Notes: generated from the sequence alone by a model not told the origin. DNA of 64,000 nucleotides from a bacterium (GCA_021815445.1 JAKAGM010000001.1:787710-851709), one strand, 5' to 3'. Counted from the first letter of the stretch, positions 27,548-37,205 are shown. A program made the numbers and translations.

Positions 27548-28021
27548 TTAGTCGGGGTTAAGTACCGGGTAACGCTTGTTGATGCAATCTTCTCTGATAC
27601 ACGACGGGCGCGATTTGACCACCGTGATGGCGGCCGGACTAATCCATTGAGTATCATCGGCAGGATGCCGATAGGCCACGAACGATCCAATCGGCACTGC
27701 ATCAACAATGCGCTGGCCATCGTCGCCACAGCAATTGTACAGGGTATCCACCCCCCTCATGGACTGGATGTACATGGTCACTTTGATGCATTCGCCCGGG
27801 CCGGGGGGATGCTCATCACGAATGTAGATGACAATCCCTTGACAATCTGCGGGGATTGAGTCGACACGATAAGTGTCCCAGCACAGGAAGAACATGCTTT
27901 GGCTGAAACTACTCGAATCAAAACATGTGACCGCCTGCTCATAGACGAGCGTACGGTTCCCAGCCTGGGCACTCTGGCCGCAAGCGAAAACACATAGTAC
28001 TACCGCAATGAAACGATACAC
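27548..28021 (-). CDS. Cysteine-rich secreted protein (hypothetical), GTG start
   Basis: AGGAGG, 6 nt, GTG. The signal peptide MYRFIAVVLCVFACGQSAQA has an AxA cleavage site. 8+ Cys are in the mature part. Confidence 0.45.
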   Translation of the reverse strand: MYRFIAVVLCVFACGQSAQAGNRTLVYEQAVTCFDSSSFSQSMFFLCWDTYRVDSIPADCQGIVIYIRDEHPPGPGECIKVTMYIQSMRGVDTLYNCCGDDGQRIVDAVPIGSFVAYRHPADDTQWISPAAITVVKSRPSCIREDCINKRYPVLNPD

Positions 28022-28140
28022 GACTGACCTCCTGGTGAGATGATGGAAGTGCGTTTTCGTTTTATGCCCCACTCTATCACATCGCTTTATGGGCGTCAAC
28101 CAATGATAAAACCGGCTCAGGAAAACCCACTGAGACTCTT

Positions 28141-29076
28141 TTACCTCCCCAGCAAGTGCAGAATAATTGCCTTCTGTGCGTGCAGACGATTCTCGGCCTG
28201 GTCGAAAATGACTGAGTTCGGATGGTCTATCACGTCGCGGGTAATCTCATACCCGACGTGGCACGGCATACAGTGCATTATTTTTGCTCTGCCTCCGCTC
28301 ATCTCAACGACTGACGCGTTCAACTGGTACGGCTTGAACATTGCGATCCGCTTGTCGTATTCCACTTTGAACTCTGGTTTCACTTTGCCGTCTTTGAAGA
28401 ATTCCATATCCATCCACGTATCTGTATGGACATAGTCTGCATCCTTCATCGCCTCAGCAAGGTCGAGCGTGTGATGAACTTTGCCCGTGGCGTCGGCCAT
28501 TTGGTTCAATTCGTTATCAACGCTCACTTCGTGGGCTTTTGGCGCGACAAGGACAATGTCGATACCGAGTTTCGCGCAGACCAGCTTCAACGTGTTACTT
28601 ACGTTATTCTCAATACCTAGCCAAACGACTTTCTTTACATTTTCTAAACCTCCTGAATGCTCGGCCATAGTGAGAAGATCACCCATTGCTTGGCATGGAT
28701 GGTACTTTTCTGAGCAGGCATCAATGACTGGGATCTGGTTGAACAATGCCGCTGTCTGGACGTCGGCGAACTTGAGGGCGCGGAACATAAGCACGTCCCC
28801 GAACCTCATCACGGCGCGGATTTCGTCTTTGAAATCAGTCAGCGAAAACTGTGTGGTCTTTTGGTCGACAAAGATTCCGTGGCCGCCTAACTGAGTCATG
28901 CCCGCTTCGAAACTCAATCGGGTACGGGTAGAGGACTTCTGGAACAGCATGACGAGCGTCTTGTTTTTCAAAATGTCACCGTACTTTTCCGGGTTTTTCT
29001 TTATTTCCGCGGCGCGGTCGAGAATCGAACGGAGTTCGTCGGCTGAATAGTCTTTCAAATGCAGAAAATGCTTCAT
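28141..29076 (-). CDS. Ornithine carbamoyltransferase-like protein (aspartate/ornithine carbamoyltransferase family)
   Basis: STRTRLSFE carbamoyl-phosphate motif, HCMP (HCLP-like) and an OTC-like GIENNVSNTL block. Assignment to ornithine as substrate is by motif similarity only. Confidence 0.65.
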   Translation of the reverse strand: MKHFLHLKDYSADELRSILDRAAEIKKNPEKYGDILKNKTLVMLFQKSSTRTRLSFEAGMTQLGGHGIFVDQKTTQFSLTDFKDEIRAVMRFGDVLMFRALKFADVQTAALFNQIPVIDACSEKYHPCQAMGDLLTMAEHSGGLENVKKVVWLGIENNVSNTLKLVCAKLGIDIVLVAPKAHEVSVDNELNQMADATGKVHHTLDLAEAMKDADYVHTDTWMDMEFFKDGKVKPEFKVEYDKRIAMFKPYQLNASVVEMSGGRAKIMHCMPCHVGYEITRDVIDHPNSVIFDQAENRLHAQKAIILHLLGR

Positions 29077-29204
29077 AGTTTGTTATTTCCATCCTGAGTC
29101 TCGCAGCCGCGGGACGAAGGATCCCATCGCCAAAGGCGAGGAGATTCCTCACCCTCGTCAAACTCGGGTTCAGAATGGTATATACTTGCGACAATTTTTA
29201 ATCA

Positions 29205-30017
29205 CTACCTTTCAGCAATCATCTTCTTATACGCTTCCCAGCCAACCTGCCGGTATTCTTTTGCTGCGGCGAGTGGATCTTTCGCGCCGTAAACCCCTCG
29301 TCCAACTATAATCACATCCGAGCCGGCCTCAATCACGTCCGCCGGGGTTGTATACTGCTGTTTCAGCGTATCCGCGCCGCCCCCAAGTTTTACACCCGGC
29401 GTGAACAGTATTAGCTCAGGGCCGGTGAGCTCGGAAAGTCTTCGCAACTCACCGACGTCCCCGCCGTTGCCGATAAAGCCGACAACGAACTCAGGATAGC
29501 TTTTTGCCATTTCAACGGCCTTTTTAGTGTACGCGCCCGTTGCCAAGTTGCCCTTCGAACTCATTTGGGCCAGTAAAATCAACCCTCGGGGCTCTGGGTA
29601 TTGCGCGCCGACTTTTTGCAGTCCTTCGATAATCCCAGGGCCGGGAACAATGTGCGCATTGACGAAATCGGCCCACTCCACGATTTTATATATGCCTTTT
29701 TGGTATTGCAGACTTACCGTGTTGCCGATGTCGGCAAACTTTCGGTCTTCAAAAATCATGAAGTGATGTTTCGCGGCGAGATCCCGTAAACGTTTGGCGA
29801 TAGAGGAGGAAAAATTCTCGATAACATCAATGTGCGTCTTGAGGACGGCGAGCTCGGGGCCCGTTTGCTCAGCGAGCGCGATGAATTTTTCGGGGTCCGT
29901 TTCGTCATTTGCGAGCGCCAAATTCGTTTTTTTCTCATCCATCAACTTGAGAAGCTTTTTGGCAGCTTCATTTTTTACGGTGGCAGCCCGTTCTATATAG
30001 GTTTGCCTAAACGCCAT
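29205..30017 (-). CDS. pyrF: Orotidine 5'-phosphate decarboxylase (long type-2 form)
   Basis: 270 aa; ...FEDRKFADIGNTV...; operon context with pyrE. Confidence 0.8.
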   Translation of the reverse strand: MAFRQTYIERAATVKNEAAKKLLKLMDEKKTNLALANDETDPEKFIALAEQTGPELAVLKTHIDVIENFSSSIAKRLRDLAAKHHFMIFEDRKFADIGNTVSLQYQKGIYKIVEWADFVNAHIVPGPGIIEGLQKVGAQYPEPRGLILLAQMSSKGNLATGAYTKKAVEMAKSYPEFVVGFIGNGGDVGELRRLSELTGPELILFTPGVKLGGGADTLKQQYTTPADVIEAGSDVIIVGRGVYGAKDPLAAAKEYRQVGWEAYKKMIAER

Positions 30018-30678
30018 ATTCGTTCAAATAATCCTGAATCTGCTTATGTTTATTACTGTCGAGAAGTACTTTACCATTCAGCTCCCTATCGAGAAGGAAC
30101 TCCATTATTTCATGGATCGTCACAATAAATCTGATCGGCATATGATAGGTATCCTCAAAGTTTTTCACGGCATTCTTCCCTTCCTTTGTTTTCTCTTGGC
30201 GGTTAGCGGAGAGAATGACCCCGACATATTTCAGCGATACGAGGGGTTGTAAAAGCTGCATTGATTCTACTAAAGCGCCGCCGTCAGTAATGACATCATC
30301 GATGATAACGACCCGCTCACCGCTCTTAGGCTGGTGCCCGATCAACAGCTTTTTGTCACCGTGGTCTTTTATCTCCTTCCTATTAAACGTATATCCCTTA
30401 TTGATGCCGAAATCTTTGGCAAGCGATATTGCTGTGGCGAGCGCCAGGGGGATACCTTTGTAGGCGGGACCATAGATAAAGTCAAAATCATCCTTGTACT
30501 CATTGCGGATCGCTTCAGCGTAATACTTTCCCAGTGTCGCCATCTGCTCTCCGGTTTCAAAGAGTCCCGTATTGATGAAATAGGGCGACTTTCGGCCGCT
30601 TTTTAATACAAAATCTCCAAACTGAAGTGCGCCCGATTCAGCAAGAAAGGTGATGAAGTTCTGTTTATACGTTTCCAT
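30007..30678 (-). CDS. pyrE: Orotate phosphoribosyltransferase
   Basis: PRPP motif VVIIDDVITDGGA; QFGDFVLKSGRKSPYFIN. The start at METYKQ (30678) is preferred over 30732. Confidence 0.85.
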   Translation of the reverse strand: METYKQNFITFLAESGALQFGDFVLKSGRKSPYFINTGLFETGEQMATLGKYYAEAIRNEYKDDFDFIYGPAYKGIPLALATAISLAKDFGINKGYTFNRKEIKDHGDKKLLIGHQPKSGERVVIIDDVITDGGALVESMQLLQPLVSLKYVGVILSANRQEKTKEGKNAVKNFEDTYHMPIRFIVTIHEIMEFLLDRELNGKVLLDSNKHKQIQDYLNEYGV

Positions 30679-31963
30679 AAGTAATTTCCTTTCCTTTATT
30701 GTCCTCGTTAATCTTTCCGTTGTCAAAAACAAGGTTGCCGTTGATGAACGTCATGATGGGCCAGCCTTTGAGGTTTTTTCCTTCATACGGGGACCAGCCA
30801 CACTTAGAGAACAACATTTTTTTCGAAACAACTTGGGATTTGTTCATATCAACAACGGCGAGGTCGGCATCGTATCCTTTTGCGATGCGTCCTTTTTTTG
30901 ATAGTGAAAATATCTCGGCAGGTCTCGTACTCATTGCTGAGACCAGCCACTCAAGCGTAAAGTCGCTTCCGTCGAGAGCATCAAGCATCAGCGGGAGCGA
31001 CGTCTGCACCTCGGGCATTCCGGATGGAACTTCAGTGTACCCGCGCTTCTTCTCCTCAATAGTATGTGGGGCATGATCAGTGGCAATAATATCAATAGTC
31101 CCGTACCGCAATCCCCGCCAGAGAGCGAGCCGGTCTTCGGGGGTGCGAAGCGGCGGGTTTACTTTGACGAACATGCCCTGTGTCACGTACGCCGACTCAT
31201 CGAGAAAAAGATGGTGCGGGCTGACCTCACAGGTGACCGGCAAACCTTCGTTTTTCGCTTTTTGAATCAGTTCCACCTCTTCTTTGGTGCTGATGTGGCA
31301 GAGGTGAATACGGGCGCCGGTCTCACGAGCTAGTCTGAGGACACGTTCAATAGCGTGAATTGCGACTTTACGATCTCGCAATTTCGAATGTAGAGCCGAG
31401 TCTGAAATAGTGCCCAGCCTTTCGGCATTTTTTTTCATCAGATTTTCATCTTCCGCGTGGACTAACCAAAGAATGTCGGGAATTGCAAACAGCTTCCGAA
31501 GCTCATCGTCCTCGGCCACAAGCAAAGAACCTGTTGACGAACCGACATAGATTTTTACGCCCGCTACTTTCCCGCGAAGCTTTTCTATCTCTGCCCGATT
31601 TCCAGTTGTCGCGCCAAGATGGAAACCGAAGTTCACGAGGCTTTTCGCGGCGAGAGAACGCTTCATCTCCAGTGAATTTGCGTCAATCGTCGGCGGATTG
31701 GTATTGGGCATGTCGAGAACGGTAGTGACTCCCCCTGCAGCAGCGGCGCGTGAACCCGTGAGCCAGTCTTCCTTGTGCTCGCCGCCCGGTTCGCGAAAGT
31801 GCACATGAGCGTCAATGACGCCCGGGATGACGTACTTTCCCCGGACATCAAACGTCGCATCAAAAGAACCGGCTCCCTCAAACCCGGCTATGGTGCCGTC
31901 GACAATATCAATACTGGTTTTTGTTCCGTCAGCGAGCGTGGCATTGACTATCTTAGCGCGCAT
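30665..31963 (-). CDS. pyrC: Dihydroorotase
   Basis: GVIDAHVHFREPG, metal-binding His and Asp. The start at MRAKIVNA overlaps the pyrK end by 11 nt. Confidence 0.85.
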   Translation of the reverse strand: MRAKIVNATLADGTKTSIDIVDGTIAGFEGAGSFDATFDVRGKYVIPGVIDAHVHFREPGGEHKEDWLTGSRAAAAGGVTTVLDMPNTNPPTIDANSLEMKRSLAAKSLVNFGFHLGATTGNRAEIEKLRGKVAGVKIYVGSSTGSLLVAEDDELRKLFAIPDILWLVHAEDENLMKKNAERLGTISDSALHSKLRDRKVAIHAIERVLRLARETGARIHLCHISTKEEVELIQKAKNEGLPVTCEVSPHHLFLDESAYVTQGMFVKVNPPLRTPEDRLALWRGLRYGTIDIIATDHAPHTIEEKKRGYTEVPSGMPEVQTSLPLMLDALDGSDFTLEWLVSAMSTRPAEIFSLSKKGRIAKGYDADLAVVDMNKSQVVSKKMLFSKCGWSPYEGKNLKGWPIMTFINGNLVFDNGKINEDNKGKEITYGNV

Positions 31964-32777
31964 CGAAAAAAATCTTATGCCCGCTCGCGATGCGGTGGAA
32001 TTTCCCGAACTCGCTCTGAGTGCGGGCGAACTCCCCCGAGACGACAGGCCCCTCCAAACACATGCGTTTGCCCGAACCGTCCAAACAGCACGCTCCGCAG
32101 ATGCCAAACCCGCACTTCATGTAGCGTTCGATACTGACCTGGCACGGGACATTCTTTTCCGATGCGGCGTTGACCACCTTTTGCTCCATGAGCTCAGGCC
32201 CACAGGTGTAGACTACGTCGTAAGAATTCTTCGCGAGAAGCTCGGCAGCGACATCGGTTACGAACCCTTTGCGTCCTTCACTGCCGTCATCAGTGGCAAT
32301 GTGCAAATGAATCTTCATTGCCTTCAGGCGTTTCATAAAAAGCAGTTGCGTTTTTGTTCGCGCGCCATTGCAAAAATCTACAGTGATGCCGCGAGCAAGC
32401 GCTTGGGATGCTAACGTAGCTAGTGGCGCAACGCCGTAGCCGCCTCCAACAAGCAGTATTCTTTTCGAACCCTCCTGCAGGGTGAACGGAGAGCCGTAAG
32501 GGCCTCGGATACCGACCAGGTCGCCTTTTTTGTATTCAAAAAGCTTTTCGGTGAACCTCCCGACTTTTGCAATGCTCAATCCGAGCTTGCCGTCCTCGTC
32601 ATATGCGATGCTGAACGGCTTTTCATCCACCCGCGGTATCCACATGATGACAAACTGTCCCGGTTTTGAATGCAGTTCTACGGCGAAGAAAAACGTCCTG
32701 ACATTTTCAGTTTCCTGAACAATGTCCGCGATCGGGAGCATCCTTGGCTGTTCAAATGGGTGAAGAGGTCTTTCCAT
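31953..32777 (-). CDS. pyrK: Dihydroorotate dehydrogenase electron-transfer subunit (FAD/2Fe-2S)
   Basis: C-terminal Cys cluster CGFGICGACC; FNR-like fold. Confidence 0.85.
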   Translation of the reverse strand: MERPLHPFEQPRMLPIADIVQETENVRTFFFAVELHSKPGQFVIMWIPRVDEKPFSIAYDEDGKLGLSIAKVGRFTEKLFEYKKGDLVGIRGPYGSPFTLQEGSKRILLVGGGYGVAPLATLASQALARGITVDFCNGARTKTQLLFMKRLKAMKIHLHIATDDGSEGRKGFVTDVAAELLAKNSYDVVYTCGPELMEQKVVNAASEKNVPCQVSIERYMKCGFGICGACCLDGSGKRMCLEGPVVSGEFARTQSEFGKFHRIASGHKIFFDAR

Positions 32778-32784
32778 ACCGGCG

Positions 32785-33705
32785 TTATCCCTCCAACTTA
32801 TGGGTTAAACTTACGAAATCCTCGAGTTTTTTATACCCCTTTTCCTGCATAAATGCCCGTATTTCATCGCTAACTTTAGCAAAAACGTCTATGCCGCGAG
32901 AATATATTGCCGTGCCGATTTCTACCGCCGTAGCGCCCACCATCATCATTTCTACTGCGTCGCGGCCCGTCGTTACCCCGCCGACGCCGATGATGGGAAT
33001 TTTTACGGCTTTGCGGATGTCATAGATGCAACGAACGGCAATAGGGCGGAGCGCAACGCCGGAAACGCCCCCGACTTTGAAATGAAGAATCGGCTGGCCG
33101 GTCTGGATATCGACAATCATGCCCGGCCCCATGGTATTTACCGCAACAATACCGTCAGCGCCGGCCGCCTCGGCAGCTTTTGCAACTTCGCCTATCGGCT
33201 GGCTGTCGGGTGATATCTTGATGAAAAGCGGCAGCTGGGTCTTTGAACGGATGGCTTTGGTGATTTCCTCCGTGCTTTTGGGCGTGCCTTGGCCGGCCAT
33301 CGTGCCATAGCCGGGCGTATGCGGGCAGGAGAGTACGGCTTCAACGGCGGAAAACTCTCCCGGCAAAAGCTTTTCCGCCATCTGGCCGAACTCTTCGGCA
33401 TTCTGTCCGATAATGCTGGCCAACACGGGTCCGCCGACATTGTTCAACTCTTTAAACTCTTCGCGGGCTTCATCAACACCGGGGTTGGAGTAACCGACGG
33501 CATTCAACATACCGCCTTCATACGTAATCATGTTCGGGGCGTGATGACCGACGCGCTCCTTTAAACTGATCGACTTGATAACACACGCTCCCGCGCCGTT
33601 ACTAAATACGTGCATGAGCGACGCGCGCGAAACACCCAAAATACCCGACGCGAGTATCGTCGGGTTTTCGAGTTTCAAACTCCCTATGCGCGTCGAGATA
33701 TCCAT
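32785..33705 (-). CDS. pyrD: Dihydroorotate dehydrogenase 1B catalytic subunit
   Basis: LENPTILASGILG...IGVGGV..G.DA.E. Confidence 0.9.
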   Translation of the reverse strand: MDISTRIGSLKLENPTILASGILGVSRASLMHVFSNGAGACVIKSISLKERVGHHAPNMITYEGGMLNAVGYSNPGVDEAREEFKELNNVGGPVLASIIGQNAEEFGQMAEKLLPGEFSAVEAVLSCPHTPGYGTMAGQGTPKSTEEITKAIRSKTQLPLFIKISPDSQPIGEVAKAAEAAGADGIVAVNTMGPGMIVDIQTGQPILHFKVGGVSGVALRPIAVRCIYDIRKAVKIPIIGVGGVTTGRDAVEMMMVGATAVEIGTAIYSRGIDVFAKVSDEIRAFMQEKGYKKLEDFVSLTHKLEG

Positions 33706-33708
33706 CGC

Positions 33709-34158
33709 TTAGAGCAGGGTAATTTCCGCTTCGCTTAAATATCGTTCACAGTAATGGCAGTGGAGAAGAAGGGGTTTCGCCGATTCGAGATAAAACTTTG
33801 TCCGAGCGTGGTCATGGTTGGTAATGCAGGACGGGTTGGCGCACTTCACGATGCCGTCAATGACCTCTGGTATTTCCACCTGAGACTTTCGTGCGAGCTT
33901 GAAATTGCGGATGATGTTAATTGTCGCCGTTGGAGCAATAATTGCTATCTTATTGGCCTCGTTGGGATTCAACTCCTTGCCCTCAATCTTCACGATATCC
34001 TTCCTGCCGAGCCGCTTGCTGGGGAAGCTCATACCGAGCGTGACAATTTTTTTCCATGACTTGAGATTGAGCAAATCGATAATGGCCACGCCTTTTCCGT
34101 CCGGAATGTGGTCGATGACGGTACCCTGCTTGATAGCGTAGACGCGAAATTCTCTCAT
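33709..34158 (-). CDS. pyrI: Aspartate carbamoyltransferase regulatory subunit
   Basis: VIDHIP...CANPSCITN...CHYCER is the zinc domain with its four cysteines. Confidence 0.9.
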   Translation of the reverse strand: MREFRVYAIKQGTVIDHIPDGKGVAIIDLLNLKSWKKIVTLGMSFPSKRLGRKDIVKIEGKELNPNEANKIAIIAPTATINIIRNFKLARKSQVEIPEVIDGIVKCANPSCITNHDHARTKFYLESAKPLLLHCHYCERYLSEAEITLL

Positions 34159-35090
34159 ACTTTTCCCATGACTAATGCCAAAAGCGCCTGGCGGACATAG
34201 AGGCCGTTATTCGCCTGTTCGAAATAGTAGGCGTACGGCGTGTTGTCGACTTCGTAATTGATCTCGTTTACGCGCGGCAACGGATGGAGGATGCGGAAAT
34301 TCTTTTTTACCTTTTTCAACAGTTTTTTGGTGATGACGTAGATACCCTCGACTTTTTCATATTCAAGCGGGTCGGGGAAGCGTTCCTTTTGGATGCGCGT
34401 GGCGTAAAAAATATCGAGTTTCGGCATGAACGGTTCAGGATGGGTATGGAATGAGTACTTTGCCTTTATTTTCTCGAGATCGCGCATCACATGGTCAGGC
34501 ATCTGCAAAGATTGTGGGGCGATAAAATAAAGCCGTGCGCCAAATAGCGCCAGCGCGTACGCAAGCGAATGGGTAGTGCGGCCGTATTTCAAATCTCCGA
34601 CAAGCGCCACGTGGAGTCCGGCAAGTTTCTTTTGGGTTTCGTGGATGGAGAAAAGGTCGAGGAATGTCTGTGTCGGATGTTGGTTGGCGCCGTCACCGCC
34701 GTTAAGCACGGGATTCTTCGAAACCTCCGCAGCGAGTCTTGCCGAACCTTCGAGCGGATGGCGCATGACGATGACATCGCAGTACTTCTCAACGATACGG
34801 ATTGAGTCTGAAAGTGATTCACCTTTCGACGACGAACTGGACTTTGCGTCGGCAAGGGAAATGACAGACCCGCCGAGGCGTTCCATTGCAGATTCAAAAG
34901 AGAACCGCGTGCGCGTGGACGGCTCGAAGAAAAGCGATGCGAGGATGGTACCCTTGAGCAGATCGGGATGCGGCCGGGCCTTAAAAGTCTTGGCAACTTT
35001 CAAGACATGCTGGATGTCTCCTTTTGAAAAATCGCGGACGGAAATAACATCCCGGTTTTTGAAACTTCGCAAAGTTGACTTTCGTGGCAT
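34155..35090 (-). CDS. pyrB: Aspartate carbamoyltransferase catalytic subunit
   Basis: STRTRFSFE and HPLPR motifs. Start taken at MPRKST (35090); the ORF track's 35180 start would overlap the regulatory element. Confidence 0.85.
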   Translation of the reverse strand: MPRKSTLRSFKNRDVISVRDFSKGDIQHVLKVAKTFKARPHPDLLKGTILASLFFEPSTRTRFSFESAMERLGGSVISLADAKSSSSSKGESLSDSIRIVEKYCDVIVMRHPLEGSARLAAEVSKNPVLNGGDGANQHPTQTFLDLFSIHETQKKLAGLHVALVGDLKYGRTTHSLAYALALFGARLYFIAPQSLQMPDHVMRDLEKIKAKYSFHTHPEPFMPKLDIFYATRIQKERFPDPLEYEKVEGIYVITKKLLKKVKKNFRILHPLPRVNEINYEVDNTPYAYYFEQANNGLYVRQALLALVMGKV

Positions 35091-35161
35091 ACAAAAATCC
35101 CTAAAGTATCCTACTTGCAGGATAGCATATAGACACGGAAAGTAAACTCGTCCGTGTAGGC

Positions 35162-35217
35162 CAGATTCGGAATCCGGCAAACCCGGACACCGCGTGATTC
35201 AGAATCCCGCCTCCGCA
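35162..35217. promoter_or_regulatory. Conserved dual-palindrome element (GATTCnGAATC, 22 nt spacer, GATTCnGAATCCCGCC) upstream of pyrB. It is homologous to 36694..36747 upstream of purD.
   Basis: ccagattcggaatccggcaaacccggacaccgcgtgattcagaatcccgcctccgc versus ctggatttggaatccagatcaacctgaacaccgtaggattcggaatcccgccgccgc. Confidence 0.5.
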
Positions 35218-35225
35218 TGTACGGT

Positions 35226-35256
35226 ATAAAAAGAGACCCCGATACCACTTGGGGTC
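35226..35256 (-). terminator. Rho-independent terminator after purD
   Basis: Minus sense GACCCC-aagtggtatc-GGGGTC followed by TCTTTTTAT. Confidence 0.6.
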
Positions 35257-35279
35257 ATAAAGATCAAAGCATCAGTCAA

Positions 35280-36572
35280 TTAGTTCGCGTAGGCGCCGAT
35301 ATCCTCTCGATGTTTTTCACCACGCCAACTGACTTGGTGTACACCCTTATAGGCACCCTCCACTGCCAGGGGATGAGTTGCCGCCCGACATCGAGCGCCG
35401 ATGACACGACCACCAGCTGTCTTCCAAACACCGTCTTCACACTCAGTACCACCGTGCAAATCGTCGATCTGTCCCGGATGGTCAGGAACCACTGCGAGCT
35501 GGCCGCATTCATTGAGCCCGTTGATCACGTCGCCCGTAACTGGCTTGTCAGGATAGTTCTCGGCGGCCATGACCACGATACAAGCTGATCCATCATGCCA
35601 CTGGAGTGGGCCGATGCGGTTGAGATCACCTGTCGGTATCGCCTCAAGAATATCACCAAGTGGTGTCTTAAGGAGAGGGAGAACCACCTCTGTCTCAGGA
35701 TCGCCGGGACGACAGTTGAATTCCAAGACACATGGGCCGGAACTCGTAACTTTCAGCCCGGCATACAGGACGCCTTGAAATAGTGCGCCCTGCCTTGCGC
35801 CTGTAGCAAGCGTTGGTTCGAAAATCGTCTTGATGATCTGCTGACGAAGTTCCTCCCTCGCAAATGGAACGGGAGCAATCGCACCCATACCGCCTGTCAT
35901 CGGACCGGTGTTGGCATTGCCAACGGTCTTGTGATCCTGCGAGAGGATCGTATATAATGCGAAACCGCTGCTGTCCACGAAAGCAAACATGCTGAGTTCC
36001 GGTCCGACGAGAAACTCTTGGATCACGATTGTTGCGCCTGCTTCGCCGAACACTTTGACGACCATGAAGTCTTCAATGGCTTTTGCCGCCTCGACAAAGT
36101 TCTTGACGATACGGACGCCTTTCCCGCTGCATAGGCCGTCGGCCTTGATGACAAGCGGAAACTCCGCCTTACCCAGATACCGGATTGCATCGCTGGCGTC
36201 TGTAAAGATCTTGAAGCGTGGAATGGGTACACCTGCCTCCATAAGCAGTTCGCAGCAACCCGCTTTGCTCCCCTCGATCGAGGCCCCATCCTTGAACGGA
36301 CCCACAAAAGACAAACCCGCCGCGGCAAATTTATCCCCGATGCCTGCCACCAGCGGGCCTTCAGGACCGACGATGGTGAGAGCTCCTGTGGCACGGGCGA
36401 GCTCTACCAGCCCAGCATGGTCGTCTGCCTTCACCTTGCCACGCACTACCCTGGGATCAGCAAAAATGCCGCCGTTTCCGGGCGTACAGATCACCTTACG
36501 GCCTTCCATAAGAAGCTTGAGAACGATTGCATGAGTCCGCATATCGCCCCCGACTACTAAGATTGGTTGCAT
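35280..36572 (-). CDS. purD: Phosphoribosylamine--glycine ligase
   Basis: ATP-grasp; MQPILVVGGDMRTHAI... The start at 36572 is preceded by GTGAGGA. Confidence 0.9.
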   Translation of the reverse strand: MQPILVVGGDMRTHAIVLKLLMEGRKVICTPGNGGIFADPRVVRGKVKADDHAGLVELARATGALTIVGPEGPLVAGIGDKFAAAGLSFVGPFKDGASIEGSKAGCCELLMEAGVPIPRFKIFTDASDAIRYLGKAEFPLVIKADGLCSGKGVRIVKNFVEAAKAIEDFMVVKVFGEAGATIVIQEFLVGPELSMFAFVDSSGFALYTILSQDHKTVGNANTGPMTGGMGAIAPVPFAREELRQQIIKTIFEPTLATGARQGALFQGVLYAGLKVTSSGPCVLEFNCRPGDPETEVVLPLLKTPLGDILEAIPTGDLNRIGPLQWHDGSACIVVMAAENYPDKPVTGDVINGLNECGQLAVVPDHPGQIDDLHGGTECEDGVWKTAGGRVIGARCRAATHPLAVEGAYKGVHQVSWRGEKHREDIGAYAN

Positions 36573-36693
36573 CTTGGTCCTCACTTTCTGTTGACTGACA
36601 TTTTGACAAAGAAACAACTCTTGATTTCTGTTTTGAGGACACCACTGTATCACATGTATACTTTATGTCAACGAACGAGAATGCTGGATTTGG

Positions 36694-36747
36694 AATCCAG
36701 ATCAACCTGAACACCGTAGGATTCGGAATCCCGCCGCCGCGTAAATA
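36694..36747. promoter_or_regulatory. Second copy of the dual-palindrome element, upstream of the purD promoter (TTGACA...TACAGT)
   Basis: See 35162..35217. Confidence 0.5.
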
Positions 36748-36775
36748 AAAAAGACCGCTTCAAGCATGGAAGCGG
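36744..36775 (-). terminator. Rho-independent terminator after the zinc-ribbon gene
   Basis: Minus sense CCGCTTC-catgctt-GAAGCGG followed by TCTTTTTTATTT. Confidence 0.6.
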
Positions 36776-36787
36776 GGAGCGGAATAG

Positions 36788-36997
36788 CTACATGTGGAAT
36801 GGGGGTTGATGCCTCTTCACTCTGCGGGGTTTACGAACCGACTGATTTATAAAGGGATTGGGCCGTTCGCAGTTGACGTTACGACATCTGTTACCGCCAT
36901 CATTGATTGTGCAACAGTTTGGGCACATCCACCCCCGCGTGAATTCCTGTCGAGCCGGTACGGCGGGCACTGTATGTAGAGTATCTTTATCGCACAT
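36788..36997 (-). CDS. Small zinc-ribbon protein (69 aa), hypothetical
   Basis: AAAAGGAGG, 8 nt, ATG. MCDKD...WMCPNCCTINDGGNRCRNVNCERP (RanBP2-like Cys spacing), basic tail. Confidence 0.5.
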   Translation of the reverse strand: MCDKDTLHTVPAVPARQEFTRGWMCPNCCTINDGGNRCRNVNCERPNPFINQSVRKPRRVKRHQPPFHM

Positions 36998-37205
36998 CGA
37001 ATGCCTCCTTTTAGAAAGGGCGTGCGCTTTTTTTGGGCATGGAAACACTAACAGTCTCGCAAAGAGCTGTCAATATGGAAAAACGCGAACAAATTAAATC
37101 GGGCAAAACAAGCCCCGCCTGCCAAAGTCATACGGCGGACAGGTTTGCCGCTACACGCGGTATTTTTCTGGCCCTTAAGCTCTCAGCTCTTTTGCTACTA
37201 ACAGC

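Noticed and set aside
27400-27729. 109-aa ORF overlapping the start of the Cys-rich secreted protein gene and the terminator
   Set aside because: It overlaps a better-supported gene with an RBS and signal peptide and crosses a terminator hairpin.
35989-36534. ORFs antisense to purD (35989..36534 + and 36023..36394 -)
   Set aside because: purD on the minus strand is unambiguous. These are shadow ORFs.
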